Shown: positions 49,371 to 59,556 of the stretch, piece by piece
How positions within the stretch are numbered: the first letter of the stretch is position 1
Layout: every line of letters starts with the position of its first letter
Source of the DNA: Burkholderiales bacterium
GTDB lineage: Bacteria; Pseudomonadota; Gammaproteobacteria; Burkholderiales; SG8-41
Assembly (NCBI GenBank): GCA_019634975.1
Contig: JAHCAI010000010.1
Location: 277 to 64,276 of the forward strand
Length of the DNA: 64,000 nt
Direction of reading: 5' to 3'
Position numbers and translations under genes: made by a program
Notes under the pieces: generated by a model
Database searches by the model: none
Seen by the model: only the letters and a program-made list of their open reading frames with translations
What the model was told of the DNA's origin: nothing

Positions 49371-52300
49371 AGTCGATGTTGACGTTTTCCGGCCTGAGCC
49401 ACTCACCCAGGGCACGCAGCAGGTCGTCACTGATATTGACCTGCCAGGCGGGCCCCAGCTTCACCTCGCAGCGCGCGCCGTTGCTCATGTAGTCGATGGC
49501 CACCGGGCAGTTGCCCTGGCGATGCGGGCCGAGCAGCTCCTTCAGCCTGCTGCCCGAGGACTGGCCGTTGCAGGTCAGGCGGATGCCGCGGGCATAGCGG
49601 TTGCGCGCCTCGTTGAGGTCAAGGATGTTCAGCGCTTCCAGCCGCAGCGCATTGTCGCCGCCGTTGCCGCCGCCGTTCTCGCCTTCAGCCTCCGCGCTGC
49701 GATAGCGCTGGCGCCCGCGCACCTCGATCAGCAGCAGCTCGTCCTCGCGCAGCTTGTGGCGGAAGCGGTCGAAGGCCTCGCGGTAGACCACGACTTCGTG
49801 TTTACCGCTGTCGTCGGCCAGCGTGACGATCCCCATGCGGCCATTCGCGGTGTTCTGCACGCGCACCGACAGCACCACGCCGGCGATGGTGACGCTGCGC
49901 CCGGCGAGGTCGCCCGCGGACTGCAGGTCGCCCAGCTTCTTGGAGACCATGCGCCGCACCTCGTCGCGGTAGACATTGAACAGGTGGTCGCTGCGGTAGT
50001 AGCCCAGCGCGAGTTTCTCGTTCTGCAACAGCTCCTTCTTGCTCCAGCGCGGCACGTTGGCCGGCGCCACCATCCGCGGCGCCTCCACGGCGTCGCCGAA
50101 CAGGCTGACCTGGGCGGCAGCACGGCTCGCCTGCTCGGCCGATTCCAGTGCCAGCCCGACGCAGGCCATCAGTTCCGCGCGGTTGTCGTTGACGCTGTCG
50201 AAAGCGCCGGCGCGCACCAGCGACTCCACCACCCTGCGGTTCACCAGGCGCTTGTCGACACGGTGGCAGAAATCAAAAAGGTCCCTGTAGGGTCCGCCCG
50301 CTTCACGCAGCTCGACGATATGGTTGATCGCGCCCTCGCCCGTGCCCTTGATGCCGCCGAGGCCGTAGCGGATGCGCCTGTCGTCAACCGGCTCGAAGCG
50401 GTACACCCCGGAATTGATGTCCGGCGCCAGCACCTCGAGGCCGTTGTCCCGCGCGTCGTCGACCAATTGCTGCACCTTGTCGGTGTCGTTCATCACCGCC
50501 GACATGTTGGCCGCCATGAACGGCGCCGGATGGTGCGCCTTCATGTAGGCGGTCTGGTAGGCGACCAGCGCGTAGGCCGCGGCATGCGACTTGTTGAAGC
50601 CGTAGCCGGCGAATTTCTCCATCAGGTCGAACAGTTCGTCGGCCTTGCGCTGGTCGAGGCCGTTCTTCGCCGCGCCTTCGCGGAACAGTCCCCGGTGTTC
50701 GGCCATTTCCTCGGGCTTCTTCTTGCCCATCGCCCGGCGCAGCAGGTCGGCGCCGCCGAGGCTGTAGCCGCCGATGATCTGCGCCATCTGCATCACCTGC
50801 TCCTGGTAGACCATGATGGCGTAGGTCTCGGAGAGGATCGACTCCACCCGCGGATCGGGATAGCTGAAACGCTTGCCGTGCTTGCGCGCGCAGAACTCCG
50901 GGATCAGCTCCATCGGTCCCGGCCGGTACAGCGCCACCAGCGCGATGATGTCGCCGAAGCGGTCGGGCTTCGCGCTTTTCAGCATGTCGCGCATGCCGCG
51001 GGATTCAAACTGGAATACGGCGGAGGTGTTGGCTTTCGCGAAGATGTCGTAGGCGGCCTTGTCGTCGAGCGGCAGCTTGTCGAGCCGGATATCCAAGGAC
51101 GGATCGAGCCGCCGGATGTACTTCAGCGTCCAGTCGAGGATGGTCAGCGTAGTCAGCCCGAGGAAGTCGAACTTGACCAGGCCGATCGACTCGACGTCAT
51201 CCTTGTCGAACTGGCTGACCGCGGCGCTGGCGCCATCGGCGACATAAAGCGGGCAGAAATCCGTCAGTTTCCCCGGAGCGATCAATACGCCGCCGGCATG
51301 CATGCCGACATTGCGGGTCAAACCCTCCAGCGTGCCCGCCAGCTCCAGCAGCTCGGCGACCTCCTCCTCGTTCCTTTCGCGCTCGGCGAGCTGCGGCTCC
51401 ATCTTGCGCGCCTCCTCGAGCGTGATGTGCTTGCCGGGCTGGAAGGGAATCAGCTTCGCCAGCTGGTCGCAGAAGTTGTAGCCGAGGTCGAGCACGCGGC
51501 CGACGTCGCGCACCACCGCCTTGGCCGCCATGGTGCCGAAAGTCGCGATCTGGGACACCGAATCCGCGCCGTAACGCGACTTGACGTAGTCGATCACGCG
51601 GTCGCGTCCGTCCTGGCAGAAGTCGATGTCGAAATCGGGCATCGACACCCGCTCCGGATTCAGGAAGCGCTCGAACAGCAGGTTGTAGCGCAGCGGATCG
51701 AGGTCGGTGATGCCCAGGCTGTAGGCCACCAGCGAACCGGCGCCGGAGCCGCGGCCGGGGCCGACCGGCACGCCATTGTTCTTCGCCCAGTTGATGAAAT
51801 CGGCGACGATCAGGAAATACCCCGGGAAGCCCATCTGCACGATGGTCTTCGTCTCGAACTCGAGCCGCTCGCGGTAAGCCGGCTCCTGCGCCTTGCGCTC
51901 GGCTTCGTCCGGGTAAAGCCCGGCGAGCCGCGCCGTCAGCCCCTCGCCCGCGCGCTGGCGCAGGTAGTCCTCGAGGCTGACCTCATTGGGCGTCGGGAAA
52001 TGCGGCAGGCGGCTCTTGCCCAGCGTGAGCTGCAGCGTGCAGCGGCGCGCGATTTCAACACTGTTCTCGAGCACCTCCGGCACATCGGCGAAGAGCTCGG
52101 CCATCTCGGCCTGGGTCTTGAAATACTGCTCGGTGACAAAGCGCCGCGGCCGGCGCTGGTCGGACAGGATATAGCCCTCGGAAATGCACACCCGCGCCTC
52201 GTGGGCGCGGAAATCCCCGGGCCGGAGAAACTGCACCGGATGGGTCGCAACAGCGGGCAGTCCGAGCTCGGCTGCGAGCTGCAGCGCCCGGGCGACATGG

Positions 52301-52866
52301 GTCTCAACCGGCACTGCGGCCGCGCCGCTGGTCATTGCCTGGTGTCCCAGCCGCTGCACCTCGAGGTAGTAACGGTCCGGAAACAGCGCTGCCCATTCCC
52401 GCGCCAGGCGCTTCGCCTCGTCCTGGCGGCCGGCGACCAGTGCCTGGCCGACCTCGCCGTGGTGGGCGCCGGACAGGGCGATCAGGCCTTCCGTGCCGGT
52501 CTCCGCAAGCCAGGATTTCATGACCTCGGCCCGGCCGCGGTACTGGTTGCTGCGGTAGGCGCGGGTCAGCAGTTCGCACAGGTGCAGATAACCGGCGTAA
52601 TTCTGCGCCAGCAACAGCAGGCGGTGCGGATTGTCGCGGTCGGCCTCATGGGTGAGCCAGAGGTCGCAGCCGATGATGGGCTTGACGCCGCTGCTGCGCG
52701 CCTCCTTGTAGAACTTGACCATGCCGAAGACATTCGACAGGTCGGTCAGCGCCAGTGCCGGCATGCCGTCCGCTTTCGCCGCGGCGACCGCTTCGTCGAC
52801 GCGCACAATGCCATCGACGATTGAGTACTCGCTGTGCAATCGCAGGTGGACGAACGCCGGATTCAT
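49354..52866 (-). CDS. dnaE: DNA polymerase III alpha subunit
   Basis: 1170 aa, with the PHP domain start FVHLRLHSEYS, the polymerase core and an OB fold. Confidence 0.98.
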   Translation of the reverse strand: MNPAFVHLRLHSEYSIVDGIVRVDEAVAAAKADGMPALALTDLSNVFGMVKFYKEARSSGVKPIIGCDLWLTHEADRDNPHRLLLLAQNYAGYLHLCELLTRAYRSNQYRGRAEVMKSWLAETGTEGLIALSGAHHGEVGQALVAGRQDEAKRLAREWAALFPDRYYLEVQRLGHQAMTSGAAAVPVETHVARALQLAAELGLPAVATHPVQFLRPGDFRAHEARVCISEGYILSDQRRPRRFVTEQYFKTQAEMAELFADVPEVLENSVEIARRCTLQLTLGKSRLPHFPTPNEVSLEDYLRQRAGEGLTARLAGLYPDEAERKAQEPAYRERLEFETKTIVQMGFPGYFLIVADFINWAKNNGVPVGPGRGSGAGSLVAYSLGITDLDPLRYNLLFERFLNPERVSMPDFDIDFCQDGRDRVIDYVKSRYGADSVSQIATFGTMAAKAVVRDVGRVLDLGYNFCDQLAKLIPFQPGKHITLEEARKMEPQLAERERNEEEVAELLELAGTLEGLTRNVGMHAGGVLIAPGKLTDFCPLYVADGASAAVSQFDKDDVESIGLVKFDFLGLTTLTILDWTLKYIRRLDPSLDIRLDKLPLDDKAAYDIFAKANTSAVFQFESRGMRDMLKSAKPDRFGDIIALVALYRPGPMELIPEFCARKHGKRFSYPDPRVESILSETYAIMVYQEQVMQMAQIIGGYSLGGADLLRRAMGKKKPEEMAEHRGLFREGAAKNGLDQRKADELFDLMEKFAGYGFNKSHAAAYALVAYQTAYMKAHHPAPFMAANMSAVMNDTDKVQQLVDDARDNGLEVLAPDINSGVYRFEPVDDRRIRYGLGGIKGTGEGAINHIVELREAGGPYRDLFDFCHRVDKRLVNRRVVESLVRAGAFDSVNDNRAELMACVGLALESAEQASRAAAQVSLFGDAVEAPRMVAPANVPRWSKKELLQNEKLALGYYRSDHLFNVYRDEVRRMVSKKLGDLQSAGDLAGRSVTIAGVVLSVRVQNTANGRMGIVTLADDSGKHEVVVYREAFDRFRHKLREDELLLIEVRGRQRYRSAEAEGENGGGNGGDNALRLEALNILDLNEARNRYARGIRLTCNGQSSGSRLKELLGPHRQGNCPVAIDYMSNGARCEVKLGPAWQVNISDDLLRALGEWLRPENVNIDYGNSA

Positions 52867-53073
52867 GAGTCTATTTTAGAACATGGCGCGCACGCACAAT
52901 CCCTGCCGCCCGCGCATCTGCGATATTCCCGAAAAATCCGCTACATAGAGTGCCTCGCTGCCTGCGCCGTACGCAAGCGCGGGAACCCGCGTGACCCCGT
53001 CCCCTGCTTTCACGCATAATGCCGCGGCCCTCGACTGCTTTCAGTCACACACTTCCCGATCAGGACCGCGCAC

Positions 53074-53961
53074 ATGCCCTCCCCGGCATCCTTGCCCCGC
53101 TCCGGCATCCTCGCGCTGGTCGCGCTCTGCGCAGTCTGGGGCTACACTTGGGTGATCCTCAAGGAAGGCGTGCGCTACGCCGACCCCTGGGATTACGCGA
53201 CACTGCGCACGGTACCCGGCGCGCTGCTGCTGTTCGCCATCGCCGCCTGGCGCAGCGAAAACCTCGCGCTGCGCTCGCCGCGCCATGTCTTCATGCTCGG
53301 CCTGTGGCAAACCGCCGCCTTCAACGGCCTCGTATCCTGGGCGCTGGTCGCCGGGGCTGCGGGCAAGACCGCGGTGCTGGTGTATACGATGCCCTTCTGG
53401 ACGCTGCTGATCGCCTGGCCGGCACTCGGCGAGCGCATCCGCGGCCTGCAGTGGCTTGCGGTCGCCTTGTCGGCTGCAGGACTGCTGCTGGTGCTTGAGC
53501 CGTGGTCGCTGCAGGGCAGCTTCGCCGCCAATGTACTGGCGGTACTGACCGGCGTGAGCTGGGCAGTGGCGGCGGTGCTGACACGGCGCTGGCGCAGCCA
53601 CCTCGCCGTCGGCACCTTTGCGCTGACCGCCTGGCAGATGCTGCTCGGCGGCCTGGTGCTCTGGGTCATCAGCTTCTTCCTGTCGGCGCGACCGGTGCAG
53701 TGGACGCCCTATTTCGGATTCCTGCTGGCCTATGCCACAATTTTCGGCACCGTGCTCGGCTGGGCACTCTGGTTTTACGTGCTCAAGCTGCTGCCTGCCG
53801 GCGTGGCGGGGCTTGCGGTGATGGCGGTGCCGGCGATCGGGGTGCTGTCTTCGCGCATCCAGCTCGGTGAGCAGCCCGGCCCGGTGGAATCCGCCGGCAT
53901 GCTGCTGATCGTCGCCAGTCTGGCCGTACTGTCGTGGTCGGCGCTGCGCCGCCGCGGCTGA
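53074..53961 (+). CDS. DMT-superfamily (EamA-like) transporter
   Basis: 295 aa, ten hydrophobic segments, duplicated EamA pattern. Confidence 0.8.
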   Translation: MPSPASLPRSGILALVALCAVWGYTWVILKEGVRYADPWDYATLRTVPGALLLFAIAAWRSENLALRSPRHVFMLGLWQTAAFNGLVSWALVAGAAGKTAVLVYTMPFWTLLIAWPALGERIRGLQWLAVALSAAGLLLVLEPWSLQGSFAANVLAVLTGVSWAVAAVLTRRWRSHLAVGTFALTAWQMLLGGLVLWVISFFLSARPVQWTPYFGFLLAYATIFGTVLGWALWFYVLKLLPAGVAGLAVMAVPAIGVLSSRIQLGEQPGPVESAGMLLIVASLAVLSWSALRRRG

Positions 53962-53972
53962 GCATCCGCCTT

Positions 53973-55241
53973 TCAGCGGCGGAAGCGCTCCGCTGCGTAG
54001 GGCGCGGGATCGACGAAGGGCGTCTCTCCGGTGATCATCTCGGCCAGCAGCCGGCCGGTGACCGGCCCCAGCGTGAATCCATGGTGGGCATGGCCGAAAG
54101 CAAACCACAGCCGTGAATGCCGCGGCGCGCGGCCGATGATCGGCAACATGTCCGGGGTGCAGGGCCGCGCGCCCATCCACGGCTCGGCATCGAGCCGCTC
54201 GCCCAGCGGAAACAGGTCGCGCGCGACGGGCTCGGCACGCCCCAGCTGCACCGGCGTCTTGATCGCATCGCGCCGCGCGAACTCGGCGCCGGTGGTCAGG
54301 CGGATGCCGCGCTGCATCGGCGCCAGAAAATAGCCGCGCTCGGTGTCGAGCAGCGGATGGTTCAGTCGGGCGACGCCCGCGGCACGGTAATGCATGTGAT
54401 AACCGCGCTTCACCGCGAGTGGCAGGTCATAGCCCAGGGCGCGCGTCATCACGTCGGACCAGGGACCCAGTGCGATCACTGCCTGACCGACCGCGACCTT
54501 GCCCTCGACAGTCTGCAGACGCCAGCCCGTGCCATCGGCTTCGAGGCTGGCCGCGTTGCCCTGGACAAACCGCCCGCCCAGGGCCTCGAAGCGCCTCAGG
54601 TAGGCGAGTGCCAGTCCCTGAGGGTCGTCAACGCTCGCCGGATCAGTCCAATGCAGGGCACCCGCGAGCACCGGCGCGACGTGCGGCTCGGCTTCCTGCA
54701 ACGCCGATGCATCGAGCATCCGGTAGTTGACGCCGAATTCGCGATGCCAGCGCTCGGCCTCGGCATAGCGCCGGTCACGCTCGCGCGCGGTGCGAAACAC
54801 CTTGATCCAGCCCCGGCTGCGCAGCCGGTCGGCGGCAGCGGACTCCGCCGCGAGGGATGCGTGTTCGGCAAGGCAGTGCTCGATCAGCCTGGCATAGCGC
54901 CGCGCAACCTCGGCATGGCGCGCCGGCCGGGAATGCTTCCAGTACTGCCACAGGAAGGGCGCGAGCGCGGGCAGCGCCGAGGGATGGTAGTGGGCATCGA
55001 TGGTACGGTTCAGCGCGTAGCGCAGCAGCGCGCCGAAATCGTGGGGAAAGCCGTACGGATAGACGCCTTCGCGCTGGATCAGCCCGGCATTGCCGAAGGA
55101 GGTTTCCTCGGCAGCGCCGCGACGGTCCACAAGCACCACCGCACGCCCCCGCTTCTGCAGATGCAGGGCCACGCAGATGCCGATCATGCCGGCACCGAGC
55201 ACGGCAACATCGGCGCGCATTGCTGCTTTCATGCCGTTCAT
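53973..55241 (-). CDS. FAD-dependent oxidoreductase, D-amino-acid dehydrogenase (DadA)-like
   Basis: Rossmann dinucleotide motif DVAVLGAGMIGICVAL, 422 aa, DAO-family layout. Confidence 0.75.
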   Translation of the reverse strand: MNGMKAAMRADVAVLGAGMIGICVALHLQKRGRAVVLVDRRGAAEETSFGNAGLIQREGVYPYGFPHDFGALLRYALNRTIDAHYHPSALPALAPFLWQYWKHSRPARHAEVARRYARLIEHCLAEHASLAAESAAADRLRSRGWIKVFRTARERDRRYAEAERWHREFGVNYRMLDASALQEAEPHVAPVLAGALHWTDPASVDDPQGLALAYLRRFEALGGRFVQGNAASLEADGTGWRLQTVEGKVAVGQAVIALGPWSDVMTRALGYDLPLAVKRGYHMHYRAAGVARLNHPLLDTERGYFLAPMQRGIRLTTGAEFARRDAIKTPVQLGRAEPVARDLFPLGERLDAEPWMGARPCTPDMLPIIGRAPRHSRLWFAFGHAHHGFTLGPVTGRLLAEMITGETPFVDPAPYAAERFRR

Positions 55242-55303
55242 TGCCGCCGATTATACTTGCAGGGCTGCCCCCCGAAAGCTGATCCGAGCCACCCCGAACC
55301 GAG

Positions 55304-56224
55304 ATGCCCATTCACCCATCGCTGACAACCAGAGCCGTCCACGACACCGCACCCGCCGGTCGCCCCAGCCACTCCGAGTTCCACCTGGTCAACGGCCTGC
55401 GCTGCCATGTGCGGACCTGGGGTGACGCCGCTGCGCCGCCGCTGTTCCTGCTCCACGGCTGGATGGACGTATCACTGTCCTTCCAGTGGGTGGTCGACGC
55501 GCTGAGGCGGGACTGGCGGGTCATCGCGCCCGACTGGCGCGGTTTCGGCCTCTCCGGCTGGTCATCGGGCGGCTACTGGTTTCCCGACTACTACGCCGAC
55601 CTCGACGCGCTGCTGGCAATCTACTCTCCGGACCGCCCGGCGCTCGTCGCCGGCCACAGCATGGGCGGCGTGATCGCCTGCACTTATGCCGGCCTGCGGC
55701 CGGAACGCATCGCGCGTCTGGTCTCCCTGGAAGGCTTCGGGCTCGCCCGCACCAGCCCCGCCGAAGCGCCGGCGCGCTACCGGCGCTGGCTCGACGAACT
55801 CGCGACCGAGCCGCGCTTCCGGATCTACGACTCCTTCGACGCGCTGGCCGCGAAGCTCCGCGGCGACAACCCGCGCCTCACCGCGGACAAGGCACAGTTC
55901 ATCGCCCGCGCCTGGGCCCGCGAAACCGCGCCCGAGCAGGTCGAAATGCTCAGCGACCCGCGGCACAAGCGCGCCAATCCGGTGCTGTTCCGCATCGAGG
56001 AACTGATCGCCTGCTGGAAGGAGGTCACGGCCCCGGTGCTGTGGGTGTTCGGCCGCGACTCCCGGGGAACCGGCTACCTGAAGGACACCCCCGAACAGCT
56101 TGCCGAACGCAAGGGCGCCTTCCGCGACTACCGCGAGGCATGGATCGAGGACGCCGGGCACATGATGCACCACGACCAGCCGCAGGCCGTCGCGCGCCTG
56201 ATCGAGGACTTTCTCGCACAATGA
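55304..56224 (+). CDS. Alpha/beta-fold hydrolase
   Basis: HG oxyanion motif (FLLHGWMD), nucleophile elbow GHSMGG and a C-terminal His (DAGHMMHHDQP). Confidence 0.8.
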   Translation: MPIHPSLTTRAVHDTAPAGRPSHSEFHLVNGLRCHVRTWGDAAAPPLFLLHGWMDVSLSFQWVVDALRRDWRVIAPDWRGFGLSGWSSGGYWFPDYYADLDALLAIYSPDRPALVAGHSMGGVIACTYAGLRPERIARLVSLEGFGLARTSPAEAPARYRRWLDELATEPRFRIYDSFDALAAKLRGDNPRLTADKAQFIARAWARETAPEQVEMLSDPRHKRANPVLFRIEELIACWKEVTAPVLWVFGRDSRGTGYLKDTPEQLAERKGAFRDYREAWIEDAGHMMHHDQPQAVARLIEDFLAQ

Positions 56225-56964
56225 AGGATATCCGCAATCCGCCGCTGCTCGGCGTCCTTGGCGGCATGGGCCCGCTCGCTGCGGCCGATTTCCTCACCAA
56301 GCTCGCCGAGGAGACACCGGCCACCCGAGACCAGGACCACGTCCCCTATGTCGCCTGGGGCGTGCCGCAGATCCCCGAAAGACCCGCAGCCATCCTGGGC
56401 CGCGGTGAATCACCGCTGCCGCAGATGCTGCGCGGCATCGCGGCTCTGAAACAGGCCGGTGCCCAGGCCGTCGCCATCGCCTGCAACACCGCCCACTACT
56501 GGCACGAAGACCTGCAACGCGAAGGCGGACTGCCGATACTGCACATCGCCGATGCCGCCTGCGACCTGCTCGCCGAGCGCGGCATCACCGGCGGCAACAT
56601 CGGGCTGATCGGCACCGAAGGCACATTGCGGGCGGGCTTCTTCCAGCAGCGCTTTGCCGCCCGCGGCCTCGGCTGCATCGCCAGCAGCCCCGTGGACCAG
56701 CAGCGGCTGGTGCTGCCGGCCATCGCCGCGGTCAAGGCCAATGACCTGGCGCAGGCGCACACCCTTGCGGTGCAGGCGGTGCTTCGGTTGCACGAAGCTG
56801 GTGCACGCGCCGTGGTACTGGCCTGCACCGAAACCCCGCTGGCGATCGACCACGCTCCCAGTGCAGCGACGCCGCTGTGCATCGACGCCACCCGCGCCCT
56901 CGCGCGCGCCTGCGTCTCCTGGTACCGGCACGCCGCAGCGGCCGGCGACGGCCGCATACCGTGA
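56221..56964 (+). CDS. Aspartate/glutamate racemase family protein
   Basis: MKDIRNPPLLGVLGGMGPLAAADF start, with the two catalytic-Cys blocks (AIACNTAHYW, VLACTETP). ATGA overlap with the hydrolase gene. Only the last 247 aa of track ORF 55486..56964 are real. Confidence 0.85.
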   Translation: MKDIRNPPLLGVLGGMGPLAAADFLTKLAEETPATRDQDHVPYVAWGVPQIPERPAAILGRGESPLPQMLRGIAALKQAGAQAVAIACNTAHYWHEDLQREGGLPILHIADAACDLLAERGITGGNIGLIGTEGTLRAGFFQQRFAARGLGCIASSPVDQQRLVLPAIAAVKANDLAQAHTLAVQAVLRLHEAGARAVVLACTETPLAIDHAPSAATPLCIDATRALARACVSWYRHAAAAGDGRIP

Positions 56965-57109
56965 GCCCGCTGCTGCGCGAATGGCCTGGCCTGCGCGAGT
57001 TTTGACTGGACAAAGCACTACGCATCGCCTACATTGAATCAGGCAAGGAAACCCTGCCGCCGCCCTGCGCGGCGCCGTTATCCCGTTTTGACAATCAAGG
57101 AGGCTGAAC

Positions 57110-58030
57110 ATGCTTCGCATCGGATCCCTTTTCGCCGCAATCGCCGCAGCCGGCCTGCTCGCCGCGCCGCTGCATGCCCAGGAACTCACCGGCACACTGA
57201 AGAAAATCAAGGACACCGGGGTCATCAAGATCGGCCACCGCGACGCCTCCATCCCGTTTTCCTATCTCGATGACAAGCAGCGCCCGATCGGATACGGCGT
57301 GGACATCTGCATGAAAATCGTCGACCGCATCAAGGCGGAGCTGAAAATGCCCAAGCTCAAGGTCGAATTCGTGCCGGTGACCTCGCAGACGCGGATTCCC
57401 ATCCTCACCGGCGGCAACATCGACATGGAATGCGGCTCGACCACCAATTCGGTGGAACGCCAGAAGCAGGTTGATTTCGCGCCGACCTATTTCGTCACCG
57501 GCACCAAGATCATCGTCAAGAAGAGCTCGGGCATCAAGGGCTATGACGACCTCAAGGGCAAGACCGTGGTGTTCACCCAGGGCACCACCAACGAGCGCGC
57601 GATGAAGGCCTACAACGACGAGAAGAAGCTCGGCATCAACTTCATCCCGGCAAAAGACCATGCGGAGTCCTTCCTCGCCGTGGAAACCGGCCGCGCGGTT
57701 GCCTTCCCGATGGATGACATCCTGCTCTACGGCCTGAAGGCGAACGCCCGGAACCCCGATGACTACGAGGTGATCGGCGAATTCCTCTCCGACGATCCGT
57801 ACGCAATCATGATGCGCAGGGATGATCCCGCCTTCAAGAAAGTCGTCGACAGTGCTGTGACGGCCCTCTACAAGAGCGGCGAAATCAACAAGATCTACAC
57901 GAAGTGGTTCCAGTCGAAGATCCCGCCCAAGGGCATCAACCTCAACTTCCCGATGTCCGACGGCCTGAAGGAGGCCATCAAGAACCCGAACAACACCGGC
58001 GTCGGCCCCTGCGGCAAGATGAAGTGCTGA
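57110..58030 (+). CDS. gltI: Glutamate/aspartate ABC transporter substrate-binding protein
   Basis: Signal peptide followed by a family-3 SBP similar to GltI (GVIKIGHRDASIPFSY...). Followed by gltJKL. Confidence 0.85.
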   Translation: MLRIGSLFAAIAAAGLLAAPLHAQELTGTLKKIKDTGVIKIGHRDASIPFSYLDDKQRPIGYGVDICMKIVDRIKAELKMPKLKVEFVPVTSQTRIPILTGGNIDMECGSTTNSVERQKQVDFAPTYFVTGTKIIVKKSSGIKGYDDLKGKTVVFTQGTTNERAMKAYNDEKKLGINFIPAKDHAESFLAVETGRAVAFPMDDILLYGLKANARNPDDYEVIGEFLSDDPYAIMMRRDDPAFKKVVDSAVTALYKSGEINKIYTKWFQSKIPPKGINLNFPMSDGLKEAIKNPNNTGVGPCGKMKC

Positions 58031-58062
58031 GCGCGGAACACTCCGTCCCAGACAGAAGAAAC

Positions 58063-58095
58063 AAAACCGGGGAATCGGCATCCCCGGTTTTTTTT
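58063..58095 (+). terminator. Rho-independent terminator/attenuator after gltI
   Basis: AAAA-CCGGGGA-ATCGGCA-TCCCCGG-T8. Confidence 0.85.
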
Positions 58096-58124
58096 CGTCC
58101 CCCTTTCGCGCTACACTGACCCGC

Positions 58125-58853
58125 ATGGACTTCGGATTCCTGTTCGAGCCCGCATTCTCGGGCGGCGGCACCTACCTCGACTGGGTCATCTCCGGCATCC
58201 AGTGGACGCTCTACCTGTCCGTGCTGGGCTGGATCATCGCCTTCGTCCTCGGCTCGATACTCGGCGTGCTGCGGACCGTGCCGCTCGCGATCCTGCGCGT
58301 GCCGGCAACCATCTATGTCGAGGTGTTCCGCAACATCCCGCTGCTGGTGCAGATGTTCATCTGGTACTTCGTGGTACCGGAGATCGTGCCCAAGGCCGCC
58401 GGCGACTGGCTGAAAACCCAGATGCCGATGCCGGAGTTCTGGAACGCCGTGTTCTGCCTCGGCACCTACACTGCATCCCGCGTCGCCGAGCAGGTGCGCG
58501 CCGGAATCCAGTCGATCCCGCGCGGGCAGGTGCACGCCGGCCTCGCGATCGGGCTCACGCTGCCGCAGACTTACCGCCACGTGCTGCTGCCGATGTCCTA
58601 CCGGATCATCATTCCGCCGCTGACCACCGAGTTCCTGACAATCTTCAAGAATTCATCGGTGGCGCTGACCATCGGGGTGCTCGAGCTCACCGCCCAGGCA
58701 CGCCAGATTTCCGAGTACACCTTCCAGACCTTCGAGATCTTCACGATCGCCACCGTGGTCTATGCCTTGATCACGCTGACCGTGACTTTCACGATGCGCT
58801 GGATCGAGGGCCGCGCGCGTGTTCCCGGCTACATCGGGACCACGGGAAAGTAA
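58125..58853 (+). CDS. gltJ: Glutamate/aspartate ABC transporter permease
   Basis: 242 aa, polar-amino-acid permease family, with the EAA-like loop (ASRVAEQVRAGIQSIPRGQ). Confidence 0.85.
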   Translation: MDFGFLFEPAFSGGGTYLDWVISGIQWTLYLSVLGWIIAFVLGSILGVLRTVPLAILRVPATIYVEVFRNIPLLVQMFIWYFVVPEIVPKAAGDWLKTQMPMPEFWNAVFCLGTYTASRVAEQVRAGIQSIPRGQVHAGLAIGLTLPQTYRHVLLPMSYRIIIPPLTTEFLTIFKNSSVALTIGVLELTAQARQISEYTFQTFEIFTIATVVYALITLTVTFTMRWIEGRARVPGYIGTTGK

Positions 58854-58856
58854 GCC

Positions 58857-59546
58857 GTGTTCAGCCAGTTCGACTTCGAGGTCATCCGCAGCGCGCTGCC
58901 CTTCCTGTGGGAGGGGATGCAGTTCTCGCTCGGCCTCACGCTGCTGGCAATGGCCGGCGGCATCGTGCTGGGCACCCTGCTCGCGCTGATGCGCCTGTCC
59001 CCCTTCGCGATCCTCAGCTGGCCGGCAGGCGCCTATGTCAACCTGGTGCGCTCGATACCGCTGATCCTGGTGATCTTCTGGTTTTATTTCCTGATCCCGA
59101 TCGCGATCAAGCACCTGACCGGCAACCCCTACGCCTCCGGCATCGGCCCCTTCTATTCGGCGCTGATCGCCTTCACGATGTTCGAGGCGGCGTACTACTG
59201 CGAGATCATCCGCGCCGGCATCCAGAGCGTGCCGCGCGGGCAGGTGCAGGCCGCCTATGCCCTCGGGCTCAGCTATCGCCAGGCGACGACCCTGGTGATC
59301 CTGCCGCAGGCTTTCCGCAACATGATCCCGGTCCTGCTCACTACCAGCATCATCCTGTTCCAGGACACCTCGCTGGTCTACGTCGTCGGCCTCACCGATT
59401 TCATGGGCGCCGCGAGCAAGATCGCGCGCCGCGACGGGCGCCTGGTCGAGCTTTATCTGTTCGCGGCGCTGGTCTATTTCATCCTCTGCTTCACCGCCTC
59501 GTATTTCGTGCGGCGCTTGCAGGAACGCATCACGCCTCCGCGCTAG
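58857..59546 (+). CDS. gltK: Glutamate/aspartate ABC transporter permease
   Basis: 229 aa, second permease, with the loop [19 protein letters not shown]. Confidence 0.85.
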   Translation: MFSQFDFEVIRSALPFLWEGMQFSLGLTLLAMAGGIVLGTLLALMRLSPFAILSWPAGAYVNLVRSIPLILVIFWFYFLIPIAIKHLTGNPYASGIGPFYSALIAFTMFEAAYYCEIIRAGIQSVPRGQVQAAYALGLSYRQATTLVILPQAFRNMIPVLLTTSIILFQDTSLVYVVGLTDFMGAASKIARRDGRLVELYLFAALVYFILCFTASYFVRRLQERITPPR

Positions 59547-59556
59547 GAACCCCGAC

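Noticed and set aside
49144-52824. 1226-aa plus-strand ORF
   Set aside because: It is antisense to dnaE, which has unambiguous polymerase III alpha motifs. It shows the same shadow-frame composition.
55486-56964. 492-aa ORF suggesting a large fusion protein; likewise the 387-aa ORF 59589..60752
   Set aside because: Only the C-terminal 247 aa (racemase) and 131 aa (YkgJ-like), respectively, resemble proteins. The upstream portions are out-of-frame overlaps of the hydrolase gene and gltL.
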